Assembly: GCA_951406725.2 (NCBI GenBank)
Contig: OX597823.1
Coordinates: 116,436,001-116,500,000, forward strand
From: Octopus vulgaris
Lineage: Eukaryota
Direction of reading: 5' to 3'
DNA: 64,000 nucleotides
The notes below the pieces were generated by a model, which saw only the letters and a list, made by a program, of their open reading frames with translations, did no database searches and was not told the DNA's origin. The translations under genes were made by a program, and so were the position numbers. This document shows, piece by piece, positions 52,561 through 64,000 of the stretch. The first letter of the stretch is position 1. Each line of letters begins with the position of its first letter.

Positions 52561-52746
52561 TTCTACACCTATTTTATGTAAATGTTATACGTACAATTTT
52601 GTAATTCCTATGAGCAAATGAAACGCATGTAATACTGAATAAGTTTTCTCCAGACTCCTGTTTTGATATTTGTTTGTTTGCTTGCATGTGTGTATGTTTA
52701 TATGTATGTCTATCTAGCTAGCTATTTAATGTATGTATATGTGTAT

Positions 52747-52779
<33 letters not shown>

Positions 52780-52858
52780 TATATATACATACATACATAT
52801 ATACATACATATATATATATATATATATACATACATACATACATACATACTTACACAC

Positions 52859-52893
<35 letters not shown>

Positions 52894-53940
52894 CCTCTGC
52901 CACCTGTGCCAGTAGCACGTGAAAAGCACCCACTACACTCACGGAGTGGTTGGCGTTAGGAAGGGTATCCAGCTGTAGAAACACTGCCAGATCAAACTGG
53001 AACCTGGTGCAGCCTCCTGGCTTCCCAGACCCTGGTCAAACCGTCCAACCCCTGCTAGCATGGAAAACAGACGTTAAACGATGATGATGATGGTATATAT
53101 ATATGATTATAATGGTTTGATCCTTATGCCTAGTGAAATAGGGTTCTCTGTCAATGGTGAAATCCCAACACAGAATCAAAACTCATTCAGCTAATCCCTC
53201 TTTTTCTGTCCACAAAGATATCATGTATAAAGGCAAGGTGCGTGTTTACATTTATTTATACACACGCTCTTATGAACAAAAGTAACACCCTGCTCTTGGC
53301 ATTGAGCACTGCTCAAACCTTATCTCTACTTTTCTCTCTCTCTATTGTGTGTGTGTGTTAACCAACACACCTCCTCAACATCTGTTCATATCATGGTGAC
53401 GTCTTCATACCCAGCTATCAAAGAGTACCACTGTGCTGTTTGTTCTTCAGCCTCAGTTCACTCTGTAAAGTGTCTGTTTTTAGGTGAAACATCTTGCCGT
53501 AGAAACCATGACTGAAATGAAATGCACAAATGAAATGTGAACTCTACATGCCATCATGCTGCTGGCCATTTGAGAGGTTAGTAACTCTAAACAGAATCCA
53601 AAACAGAGCAGAGAGGACTTATTAGTCTCCTCACATGCCCATGGCACTGTGAAATGGTCTTCTTCCACACTGTTACACGACAACAAACTTAGTTTCTCTC
53701 TGTTCCTGTCTACATCAGATGATACAAACCAATCACTATGAGTCACATGATGCAGATTTAAAACTTTTCTAGACTATTTTCCATTTGACAGCCAGTTACG
53801 TATAACCATAAAATATTTTATACGTCTTGATTTTTCTGAAATTTCATTTGTTTGGTCTTTTTGGATTTGCTTTTGTGTTGTTTTGATTTGTTTTTCTTTT
53901 TTAATCTTCAATATATCTGAAGAGAGTTTTTGTCTATTAA

Positions 53941-54198
53941 TATAAAAAAAATGCACCCTTTTAAAACCTAGTCAGTCTCCTGGGCCCTTTTTCCCAGTTT
54001 CAATGGTGTATGTGTTCCCCAGCTGGACAGGATGCCAGTCCATTGCAGCGTTACTCATTTTTGCCAGCTGAGTGGACTGGAGCAACGTGAAAGGAAGTGC
54101 TTTGCTCAAGAACACAATGCGTCGCCCAGTCCAGGAATTGAAACCACAACCTTACGATCATGATGCTGACACCCTAACCACCAAGCCATATGCCTCCA
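53941..54198 (-). mobile_element. SINE family D
   Basis: TSD TTTTGTCTATTAA. Confidence 0.85.
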
Positions 54199-54370
54199 CT
54201 TTTGTCTATTAACTGCCTGGATAATCTCAGTTTGTCAAAGTTTTTCAACTCACTGTATTACTCATATGGGTCCCTTCCATATTTGTATCTAATTTGGACA
54301 ATATTAAGTAATTGAGGTATAAACATATTCTGGAAGAAAACAATAGTTGATGCATAATTCTTTTATCAGG

Positions 54371-54493
54371 TCAAAATACAGGAAAACTCTGTATTTCATT
54401 CTTCTTTGACAGTTCAACAGCAAAGTGCAGTGCTTCACTAGTTACCAAACCATTTATGAACACAAAGCAAAGCTCGTATAATAAATCAGACAA
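54371..54493 (-). CDS. Candidate last exon of unidentified host gene (LSDLLYELCF...FPVF*)
   Basis: CAACAG acceptor, phase 0, open to TGA; phase-compatible with the upstream candidates. Confidence 0.4.
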   Translation of the reverse strand: MSDLLYELCFVFINGLVTSEALHFAVELSKKNEIQSFPVF

Positions 54494-54717
54494 CTGTTGG
54501 TGTGTGTGTGTGTGGGGGGGGTAAATAGAAATTACTAACAGATTAAATTTATCCGTCACCACCTCTATAAAAATTCTTCAAAGTTTAATGTTCTTAATCA
54601 TGTTTTTGTATACATGTCTATTACCTAATTACTATGTAAAAGATGTACAAGACATCTTTAAATATCTGTATTTTAACTAAATACATATTTAAACTGCCAG
54701 TACTTCTTTTAACTCAC

Positions 54718-54792
54718 AGCAATAAGTGAATGATTTAGTATGTTTACCAAGTTTTTCTCAAATACTTCAGCAGGTTTCATTAGCTGCTGGGT
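54718..54792 (-). CDS. Candidate internal exon (TQQLMKPAEVFEKNLVNILNHSLIA)
   Basis: Acceptor TTTATTCTTTCTTTGAAG, donor GTGAGT, 75 nt, phase 0-0. Confidence 0.45.
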
Positions 54793-55512
54793 CTTCAAAG
54801 AAAGAATAAATGAGTCTAGATATTGCCTCTCCATACTTGTCAACAAAGACAATATCAAGTATTGACATATATTGTTGTAATTCATCATCATTTAACGTCC
54901 GCTTTCCATGCTGACATGGGTTGGACGATTTGACTGAGGTCTGGCGAACCAGACTTCAAACTGATCTGGCAGAGTTTCTACAGCTGGATGCCCTTCCTAA
55001 TGCCAACCACTCCGAGAGTGTAGTGGGTGCTTTTATGTGCCACCGGTTCGAGGGCCAGTTTGGTGGTACTGGCACCAGCCATGCCCAAATGGTGCTTTTT
55101 ACGTGCCACCTGCACAAGAGCCAGTCCAGCAGCACTGGCAACGACCTCGCTCAAATAATATATTTCGCATGCCGCCAGCACAAGTGCTAGTAAGGTAACG
55201 CAGGTAATGATCACGCTCGAATGGTGTGTTTAACGTGCCATCGGCACAAAGGCCAGCCTGTTGCTCTGGCAATGATCTCACTCGTATGGTACTCTTAGCC
55301 CTCCACTAGTAATGGATGCCAGTCACCGGTGTCAGTATATTTTAGTCATTTAGTATTTTATTTATTAAATATAATTCCACCTGTATCACTCGTAACTGTT
55401 TCCATTATTTTATCTTCTATTTATACATAGTGTAGCAAATGCAGAATTAATAGAGCTAGAATAAAGGTGTGTTAGTAGATCAACAATCATAAAGGTTCTT
55501 GATAGTTTTAAC

Positions 55513-55619
55513 CTTTAAGATAAGATCTGCCTCTGTCAATAAATCCCATTCATTATGAAATACATCCAAAGTGAGTAGGATCTTGTAACGATGCAGATGT
55601 TCAATGTTGCAGCCATTAC
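55513..55619 (-). CDS. Candidate internal exon (GNGCNIEHLHRYKILLTLDVFHNEWDLLTEADLILK)
   Basis: Acceptor ATCTCAG, weak donor AAG|GTTAAA, 107 nt, phase 1-0. Confidence 0.4.
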
Positions 55620-56035
55620 CTGAGATCATAATAATAATAATGACAGTGTTTGATACTTTGTGAAACACATTATTATCCTGAAGCCATACGTGTGATGAAC
55701 ACTAATATGCTATATCCTGTTTATCACATCTGTTTATAGATTTCATACACTAACCTCTTTAATAAGGTGAGTCATTATTTATCATCAAAGTTTTATATAC
55801 ATCTTTCCATGAGAATATGGATTGGACAGGTAATATCGTAGACCTTGAGCCTTTTATTATGCAGCTCACGCTTAAATGATTGGCTGTAGAAGGATTAAGG
55901 AAACCGTTCTACCCAGCAGTAATTTCAGTTCAGTGGTACTTAATTTCACAGACAGGATGCTTGTGTTGTGGCTTGCAGAGTCAGCAATTTCCAGGGTTGG
56001 ATCTTCCTAATCTATAAGATATAATAATGATGACG

Positions 56036-56066
<31 letters not shown>

Positions 56067-56301
56067 TGAACCTTTCTACTAAAGGCACAAGGCCTAAAAT
56101 TTGGTGGGAGGGGCCTAGTTAATTACATCGACCCCCAGTTGTTTTTTTTCTGGTACTTAATTTCTTGACCCTGAAAGGCAGAAAGGCAAAGTCAACCTCA
56201 GTGGAATTTGAACTAAGAACATAGCAACAAGCGAAGGCTACTAAGCATTTCATCCGGCATGCTAGCGATCCTCCTGCTCACCAATAATAATAATGATGAT
56301 G

Positions 56302-56337
<36 letters not shown>

Positions 56338-56338
56338 T

Positions 56339-56728
56339 AGGCGTAGGAGTTGCTTACCAACCACATGGTTCTGGGTTCAGTCCCACTGCGTGGCACCTTG
56401 GGAAAGTGTCACCTACTATAGCCTGAGGCCGACCAAAGCCTTGTGAGTGGATTTGGTAGACAGAAACTGAAAGAAGCCCGTCATATATATGTGTGTATAT
56501 ATATATATATGTATGTATGTTTGTGTGTCTGTGTTTGTCCCCCCAACATCGCTTGACAACCGATGCTGGTGTGTTTAAGTCTCTGTAACTTATCGGTTCG
56601 GCATAACAGATTGATAGAACAAGTACTAGGCTTACAAAGAATAAGTCCTGGGGTCGATTTGCTCGACTAAAGGTGGTGCTCCAGCATGGCCACAGTCAAA
56701 TGACTGAAACAAGTAAAAGAATAAAAGA
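56339..56728 (+). mobile_element. SINE family B
   Basis: Homology to other copies; inserted in (AAT)n. Confidence 0.9.
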
Positions 56729-58342
56729 ATAATAATGGAACTGACAATGGCAGAGCATGCCCCCAAAAAACTGTTCAACTGGGGACTGCTAGGATTTTGA
56801 GGTTGGTGCTTCGGTGTTGAGTATCTTCCATGGTAGCATCCATGTATCAGGAGAGTTTTAAGCACTCTTCCCCTGCAGCTCTGCTCTGTTGAAAAAGGAA
56901 TTTTAGTCTTGCAAGGGTCATGCATGGTGACCTCATTAGTGCTGGTGCCATGAAGAGGAAAAGCATCCTGCACGAGCAGTAGAGTGGTTGGCATTAAGAA
57001 GAACATCCAGCTGTAGTAGAGACCCCATGGCCAACCAGTGCAACCACTGGAATACAGTGCAGTCCTCAGACCGGTTAGGTCTCATCAAACCATCCAACTA
57101 ATGACTGCAAGATACATGGACGTTAAATGATGATGATGATGGTGGTGGCGGTGGTGGTGGTGGTGGTGGTGGTTCTGGTGGTTGTGCCGGTGGCAGCAGT
57201 AGTGGCGGTGGTAATGGTAATGGTGATGATGATGGTGGTGGTGGTGGTGGTGGTGGTAATGGTGGTGGTGACGGTGGTAATGGTATTGATGATGATGGTG
57301 ATGATGATGATGATGATGATATTGATGGTGATAGTGGCAATGGTGGTGGTAGTGGTGGTGGTGGTGGTGATGGTGGGTGGTGATGGTCGTGGTGGTGGTG
57401 GAGGTGATGATGATGGAGATGATGATGGTATATTTGAAAGACTGTCAAATATAACTCGGTATGATGGCATCGTGAAGTATCGGTTGTAATTGTAATTGCA
57501 GTTGCATTTTTTCCTGGTTTTAAACTATTAAAAGTGGAAAGTAACAAATTGTTTTTTTGCATTTCTATCAGAATTACAAATATAAAAATAGAAATGAAAT
57601 ATATCAAGAAGATATGGATTTCAATATGATTCAAACCAAGTTAGATGGCAGCCGAGAAGAAGAAAAAATTTCTTGCAGAATGAAGAAACTAAGTGGATGA
57701 TTTTTGGATTTGATAATTTTCAAAGACAGAAGCAATTATAAAATGTTGGAATAGTTATATATCATATCCTTGCAGAGTATATCTATCAATATTTTCATGT
57801 CCTTTATTTCATGCTTGTATGATTTTGAGGATTATTGGTGTATTTACAAGAAATTTTTGAATTAGTATTTCACAGTTGCCTGCCCCTTATAATTCAACTA
57901 CTGAACTGTGAAATTGATGTGGTGTCAGTTGTGTATGAAGTGTCAGAGATATGTGGGGCTGTGTCATTTATTAAAAGGATAAAAACACAGCATCACTGAA
58001 GATATGTGGGTCCCAACAGGTTGATGTCCATGAAGCACATTATAAAAACAGAAGCATCTTACATTTTCATCTCTTTAGAGAATTTGTGCTCCTGCTATGA
58101 TAGGTTTGGGTTTTCAGATGAAATCAATGAGATACACTCCTTCTTTTAGCCATAGCAACAAGTGGAATCAAAATAAGCGCTTCATTCCCAAGTCCTTTTG
58201 CTCTTAAGAATGCCAACTTTTATTTCTCTAATCAATATGCAATCTATATAACTGATCATTTATTGCTAGCTTACATATTTAGATTTTCATACATTACATT
58301 TGGCTGAAAATGGACCCATTTAAGAGCAGAGTTGACCCATAC

Positions 58343-58417
58343 CAATCAGGGCCAATGGAGACAATTCAATAAATGAATTAAGAAAAGCATTGCTACTGCT
58401 TCTAACATGGACTGGAT
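58343..58417 (-). CDS. Candidate internal exon (DPVHVRSSSNAFLNSFIELSPLALI)
   Basis: Acceptor TACTTTTGTAG, donor G|GTATGG, 75 nt, phase 1-1. Confidence 0.4.
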
Positions 58418-59428
58418 CTACAAAAGTACCATAATGTAAGTTATCATCATGCTGGTGGTGCATATAAAGCACCAACCGATCGTGGCCACTGCCAGCCTCC
58501 TCTGGCACCTGTGCCAGTGGCACGTGAAAAGCACCCACTACACTCACTGAGCGGTTAGCATTAGGAAGGGCATCCAGCTGTAGAAACACTGCCAGATCAG
58601 ACTGGAGTCTGGTGTAGCCTCCTGGCTTCCCAGACCCCAGTCAAACCGTCCAAACCATGCTAGCATGGAAAACAGACATTAAACAATGATGATGATCCTT
58701 TGTTTTAATGTTCAATGTTCCATGCTTTCACGGGTCAAATGGAATGTGTTGAGGCAAATTTCCTACAGCCAGATTCTTGACCTGATGCCAATACTCACTT
58801 ATGTCCAAGCAAGATAATATTTCCCTCATGATCGGCCTTGGTCTTAAGGAAAGTTGAGAATGAATGATACTACTTGTATGACAGAGACAGTTGTTTACAA
58901 CTATCTCATGATGTCAAGACAAGAAGTTTCAAATATGCGTGCACACACAAATATGACAGGCTTCTTACAGTTTCCATCTACAATCTCAGCTCACAAGGCT
59001 CTGATCAGCCTAGGGCTGTAGAATAATAGTGGAGGTGCATGGTTAAGGTGTTGGACTCATGATCGAAAGATTGTATTTCTGGACCAGGTGATGTTTTGTG
59101 TTCTTGAGCAAAACCCTTCATTTCATGTTGCTCCAGTCCACTCAGCTGGCACAAACGAGTAGTCTAGGTTGGGATTAAAATGCCATGGAAACCAGAAAAC
59201 TGATCCTTTGGCATTGGTATAACTTGAGAAGGTAACTTTACCTACAGTACAATACACTTGCTCAAGTTGCCACACACTGTGAATGAACCCAAAATCATGT
59301 TGTTAGGAAGCAAGCTTTTTCACAACTCATCCATGCCTTAATTTTATATTACTGTAACTCCTCATGGCAGTAAGGTACTTACTTATATCTCTAGGTGGAC
59401 TGATCCCATTGTCAGTTAACTATACATA

Positions 59429-60379
59429 TAGGGCCGGCCTTAAGCCAATCGGACTGATTGCTCTCTTTCGGGCCCTGTGCTGAAAGGGGGCTTCAAGCTA
59501 TACAGTGAAATTTCATAAAGGTGGTTTCCCTGAACTCTTTTAAAATAATCTACTTGGTCTTTAAAAAAAAAAAGAAAGAAAATACATACTTTCTACAGTT
59601 TCTTCACAAGATATCAAAAGATAAATCCATTAATCTAAAACTGCTTGGTTAAGGTGCTGAATTTGAAGAAATTTATTGTATTTTTAGTGTAAGGGTCAAT
59701 ATGTATGTTCGTATGTGAATATTTGGGAGTTTTATGGGGATGTTTGGGTAAAATATGTGTGTCTGTGAGAGTACGTATGTGAGTGAATTGTATGTATATG
59801 TGTGTGTGTATGTTTGTGTGTGCCAGTTTCTATAAATATGTTTAATTTTGGGGAAACGTTTTTATATCAATAAAGTGAGATCAGAATAGTGGCTGTTTTT
59901 TTATTCCTAATAACTGCTATTTCTAGCATACAAGACAACCACGTTGAGGACTGGCTACCTTTGAGTTTATTTAAAAGAGAGAGAAAAATGCTTTACACAA
60001 CAAATTCCAATATGATCATAATCAATACCATCTGAGACGTATATGTAGAAAATTTTATTAGCAAATAATCCATGTTTCAGAAAGTTACCACACACACAAC
60101 ACACACACACACATAAATATGTACATAATACATGTATGTATATATATGCATATCATCATCATTTAACATCCGTTTTCCGTGCTGGCATGGGTTGGATGGT
60201 TTTGATAGAGGCCAACAAGCCAAGGGCTACGTCTGGCACCCGTCTGGTTTGGCATGGTTTGGTATAATAGACATTTTTACATTTTTACGCTTCTATCGAC
60301 CTTAGTGCAAGTTGACTGGAACCTGGGGCCCACCAAAATTGTTCCCAATTGGGCTCTGCACCTCCTAGGAGCGACCCTG
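59429..60379. mobile_element. hAT-type MITE
   Basis: Degenerate TIRs TAGGGCCGGCCTTAAG / CCTAGGAGCGACCCTG; 8-bp TSD TATACATA/TGTACACA; GGGCCC subterminal motifs. Confidence 0.55.
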
Positions 60380-60952
60380 TGTACACATCATTAAACAAAC
60401 TTCTATGCAGTTTCTTAGCTTATTTCCTGTTGGAAATGTCTCACAAATAAATAGTCTCTGTTCCATATTTAGTGAGAAGCATATTGTTTGGGTAGCCATA
60501 TCCTATACAAGAACTGTATTAATATTCTTTTATTAGTCTAATTACAGTTAAATCATCATTAAACCTTTTCTGCAGTTAATTAACACTAATGAACTTTCAC
60601 TACTTTCTAATTACATGCGACAGTAATAAATATTTACTTCTGTGTAATCTTTATATCTGAGTTTATTAAAATTAAATGAGCAAATATTAAATAAACTTAG
60701 CCCCAGAATCTGTGGAGAACATCTCTTTTACTGGTTTCAGTCATTGGACTAAAATAAATGACTAAAGAGTACTAATTATACATTTTAAGAGTATAACGAA
60801 CTAAATCAGTCTAATTATTTATAGGCTGATTCAAATTGTATTGACTCAAGAAAGATGAAATCAGGGGTAGGATTTGAACTCAGAATGTAAAGAGATGTTA
60901 TCAAACACGTCAAGGTATTTTGTCTGATGCTCTACCAATCCACTGCCCCTGT

Positions 60953-61083
60953 TGCTCTATCAATTCTACACCCCATTGCCCAAGCACTCTACTAATTCTT
61001 CCATCCCCTATCTTGGTGCTCTATCAATTCTACACCCCATTGCCCAAGCACTCTACTAATTCTTCCATCCCCTATCTTGGTGC
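60953..61083. repeat. Perfect 64-bp tandem duplication
   Basis: 60953-61016 is repeated at 61017-61080. Confidence 0.95.
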
Positions 61084-61185
61084 CCTACCAACTCCACCAT
61101 CTATTGTTCTGCTATTCAATTCCCTTTCATTGAATTTTATACATCAAATTCAGTTCTTCTTATATGGATTGCTTCCGACGATGTG

Positions 61186-62475
61186 TCACGTCATTCCATA
61201 AGTTCTGTCCGAATTTTGAATAAAGAAAACAATAAAGAATAAAGAAAATGTTATATTTAATTGAAATTGAATCATCAATGTACTTTCCCTGATTATCTGT
61301 GACTTCCTTCCTTCCATCTATTTACAAGCTTTTTAATCCCATCAATGTAAAACTCTTTTGGTTTCAAAACAAAGAACTCTGAAAGGTCAGTTTCAACTTC
61401 CTCCTCGCTTGCGAGAGTTATGTTCTCCCAAATGATTCTGTAAACTACAAAACAAATGGTAATCTCAAGGAGCAACGTCAAGAGAATAAGGTGGATAAGG
61501 AATTTTTTCCCAACCAAGATCTTCGATCTTCTGTGATGTGATCTTTGCCATGTGGGGTCGCACATTGTCCTGATGAAACATCACTCCTTTTCGATTCACT
61601 AAAGTAGGTCTTTTTTTCTTCAAAGCTTGGTTCAAATACTCTAATTGCTGACAATAGACTTGAGCATTGATTGTTGCATTAAGTGGTAACAATTCAGAGT
61701 GAATTACTCCTTTGCAATCCCACAATGTAGAAAGAAGAATCTTTTTCCCATGAAGTTCCCTTCTCGGTTGTGGTTGAGCTTTTTCCCTTTTACCAAGTCA
61801 CTGTTTACAATGTTTAACATTTCGATAGAAGATCCATTTTTTGTCACTAGTCACGAGTCTATCCAAAAAGGGTGAAATGAGTTCATGAGAATAGAGAGAA
61901 AAGCTGATGTCAACTCAGGATTTGCAGTTGCTTTCGGACAATTCATGAGGCACCCATTTTCCAAGTTTAGGAACTTTTACAAGTTGTTGAAGATGACGAT
62001 GAACAGTTGTATGGTTTGAACTAAGCTTTATTGCCAATTCTTCAACTGATAAAAGAGAATTTTCTTCAAGTAATGCCTCAAGGGGTTTATCATCAAACTC
62101 AACTGGAGGTCCTGTTCAATCTTCATCTTCAAGGCTGAAATCTCCACTTCTGAATTTTGCAAACCATCTTCTGCAAGTTCTTTCATTCAAGCATTCTTTC
62201 CCATAAACTGAGTCTATGTTTTGAGTCGCTTTGGCTGCAAAGTTTCATTTTTTGTACTCATAAAGCATTATGTGCCTTAAATGCTTTTGGATAGTTCCAT
62301 GTTAGAAAGGGTTTTAATCAAAGAAATTTTATTCTGTAAAATGATATTTAATTGGTTTAAATGTACACAAATGCATAAAAATAATTTTAAATTCCATGAG
62401 TCATTCTAAAATACTATTAAATTTCTTTCAATTTTAAAAAAGGTAAAATTGGACAGAAATTATGAGATGATCTGA
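61186..62475 (-). mobile_element. Full-length (~1.29 kb) decayed mariner transposon
   Basis: TIRs TCACGTCATTCCATAAGTTCTGTCC / GGACAGAAATTATGAGATGATCTGA-TA; transposase remnants WDCKGVIH, HQDNVRPH, PPYSLDVAP; stops and frameshifts. Confidence 0.92.
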
Positions 62476-62905
62476 TACAAAACTAAAATTGACAAAGGAG
62501 TGATCTAACTCGTTGAATTAACCTCACCATTTTACTGGTATTTATTTTATTGATCCTGAACAGTTAATTTCAATGAGAGAGGTACTTAAGACAACAGTTA
62601 AAATATTTTGTCTACTGTTATATTGGATCTGATGCCTCTACTTTCCTTGATTTGACCATTTGATTGCTGTGTAATTAGAAAACTAATTAACTTTGTGTCT
62701 GAATAGAGAGATTAATGTGTCTACATGCTTAAATTAATTTAAGTATATTTCCTTTCTTTCTCAACTAGTACCAGTTCAAGGACAGTGGTTGAGCAGAAAT
62801 GATACAGCAGTGGACAGGAATGTCTTACAGTATTTTCTCCAGCTCTTTGTATTCTGAGTTCTTCGATGGTAGATATGATAATCAAGTTTAACACCATCGC
62901 CTTAC

Positions 62906-63005
62906 CCTTCGTTGCATTTAGTGTGATTCCTTCTGTTGCTAGCATTTTCGCCAAGTCTGAATTTTGAGGAGACCTTCTTCCCCTCCTCTCAACAGTTTTG
63001 ATGGT
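62906..63005 (-). CDS. Candidate internal exon (TIKTVERRGRRSPQNSDLAKMLATEGITLNATK)
   Basis: Strong acceptor CTTCCTTTATTTTGCAG, strong donor G|GTAAGG, 100 nt, phase 0-1. Confidence 0.45.
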
Positions 63006-63680
63006 CTGCAAAATAAAGGAAGATAGTCACTGTTCTTCCCATTCAAACTAAGCAAGAAATATAAGGAAAATTGCTTTAATTTCTGCTAGACCTCATTAGA
63101 CAGATCAGGAATAAGTCAGTGGGTCCGTTGGCAAACCAAGAATATCCATAAGTTTTCAAATGGATGGAAGTATTTCAGAAAAGATTTTGAATGTTAGAAC
63201 TTTCATTACCATCATCATTGTTACCATCTTCCCCATTGTCACTATTTTAAAAATTACCATTGTCACGATTTTTAAAATCTATTTCTCCATGCTGCTGTGG
63301 GTAAGAGAAACCTGCAGGGCACCATATCATTAACCTTTGAGATCATGTAGAGTATAATATCCTCCTCAGCTTTGTCCTGGCATCTTCTTCCCATGCCTTT
63401 TGTGTTCTTTTGCTACAGTCACTCCCTACTCACAACATGCAGTACATTTTTTTTTCGATCAAGTGTCTCCATTTTGTATTCCAAATCACAATCTCAGTAC
63501 ATTTCTCAACTACATTTTATGCAAGTTAATATTCGATCCACTGTTCATGCAAGTAAATTTTTGAGTTACTTTTTATGCAAGTAGATAATCTGAGTCACTA
63601 TACATGAAAATACATGTTGCATATCTATACAAACTGTACTGATCACATTTCTCTCTAATTTCCATAAAGCTTTTATATTT

Positions 63681-63912
63681 AGGCAGCGAGCTGGCAGATA
63701 CGTTAGCGCACTGGGCGAAATGCATAGCGGTATTTCGTCTGTCATTACCTTCTGAGTTCAAATTCCGCCGAGGTCGACTTTGCCTTTCATCCTTTCGGAG
63801 TCGATAAATAAAGTACCAGTTTTGCCCTGGGGGTTGATGTAATCAACTTAATCCCTTTGTCTGTCCTTGTTTGTCCCCTCTGTGTTTAACCCCTTGTGGG
63901 CAATAAAGAAAT
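63681..63912 (+). mobile_element. SINE family A
   Basis: Homology to other copies. Confidence 0.9.
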
Positions 63913-64000
63913 ATACTTAACCCTTTAACATTTAAACCAGCCATTTCCAGCCAAAATATTCTCTCTCTTTTGTTCAAACTGGCTACATCCAACATCTCAC

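Noticed and set aside
53218-57700. Plus-strand micro-exon candidates (53218-53237, 55740-55766, 57572 onward)
   Set aside because: Good-looking splice sites but no convincing continuous protein, and they overlap the better minus-strand model; chance matches are common in AT-rich DNA.

Overview
AT-rich, microsatellite-dense eukaryotic DNA that is mostly transposon-derived. The SINE and LINE families look like those of an octopus or other cephalopod (inference, no search run). Almost all entries in the ORF track are microsatellite artefacts. Real coding signal comes from four sources. (1) A young retroelement cluster at ~29.5-38.3 kb: a 5'-truncated but open RTE LINE (+), a frameshifted CR1-group LINE with a CCCH-finger ORF1 remnant (-), and a Neptune-type Penelope-like element (RT + GIY-YIG, -), separated by (TA)n tracts. 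(2) Fragments of a second RTE-type LINE and of R4/Dong-type RLE LINEs. (3) A decayed full-length mariner. (4) A hand-assembled, phase-compatible chain of 5 exons on the minus strand (63005->54371) that may be the 3' end of an unrecognised host gene. At least four tRNA-derived SINE families, several MITEs and Helitron/Helentron-like elements are present. The most interesting signal is a set of dispersed minimal type-I hammerhead ribozyme motifs in Penelope-like terminal repeats, in which the tertiary 3-8 core pair occurs as C-G, G-C and U-A. Also notable are two SINE/LINE pairs whose 3' hairpins covary.
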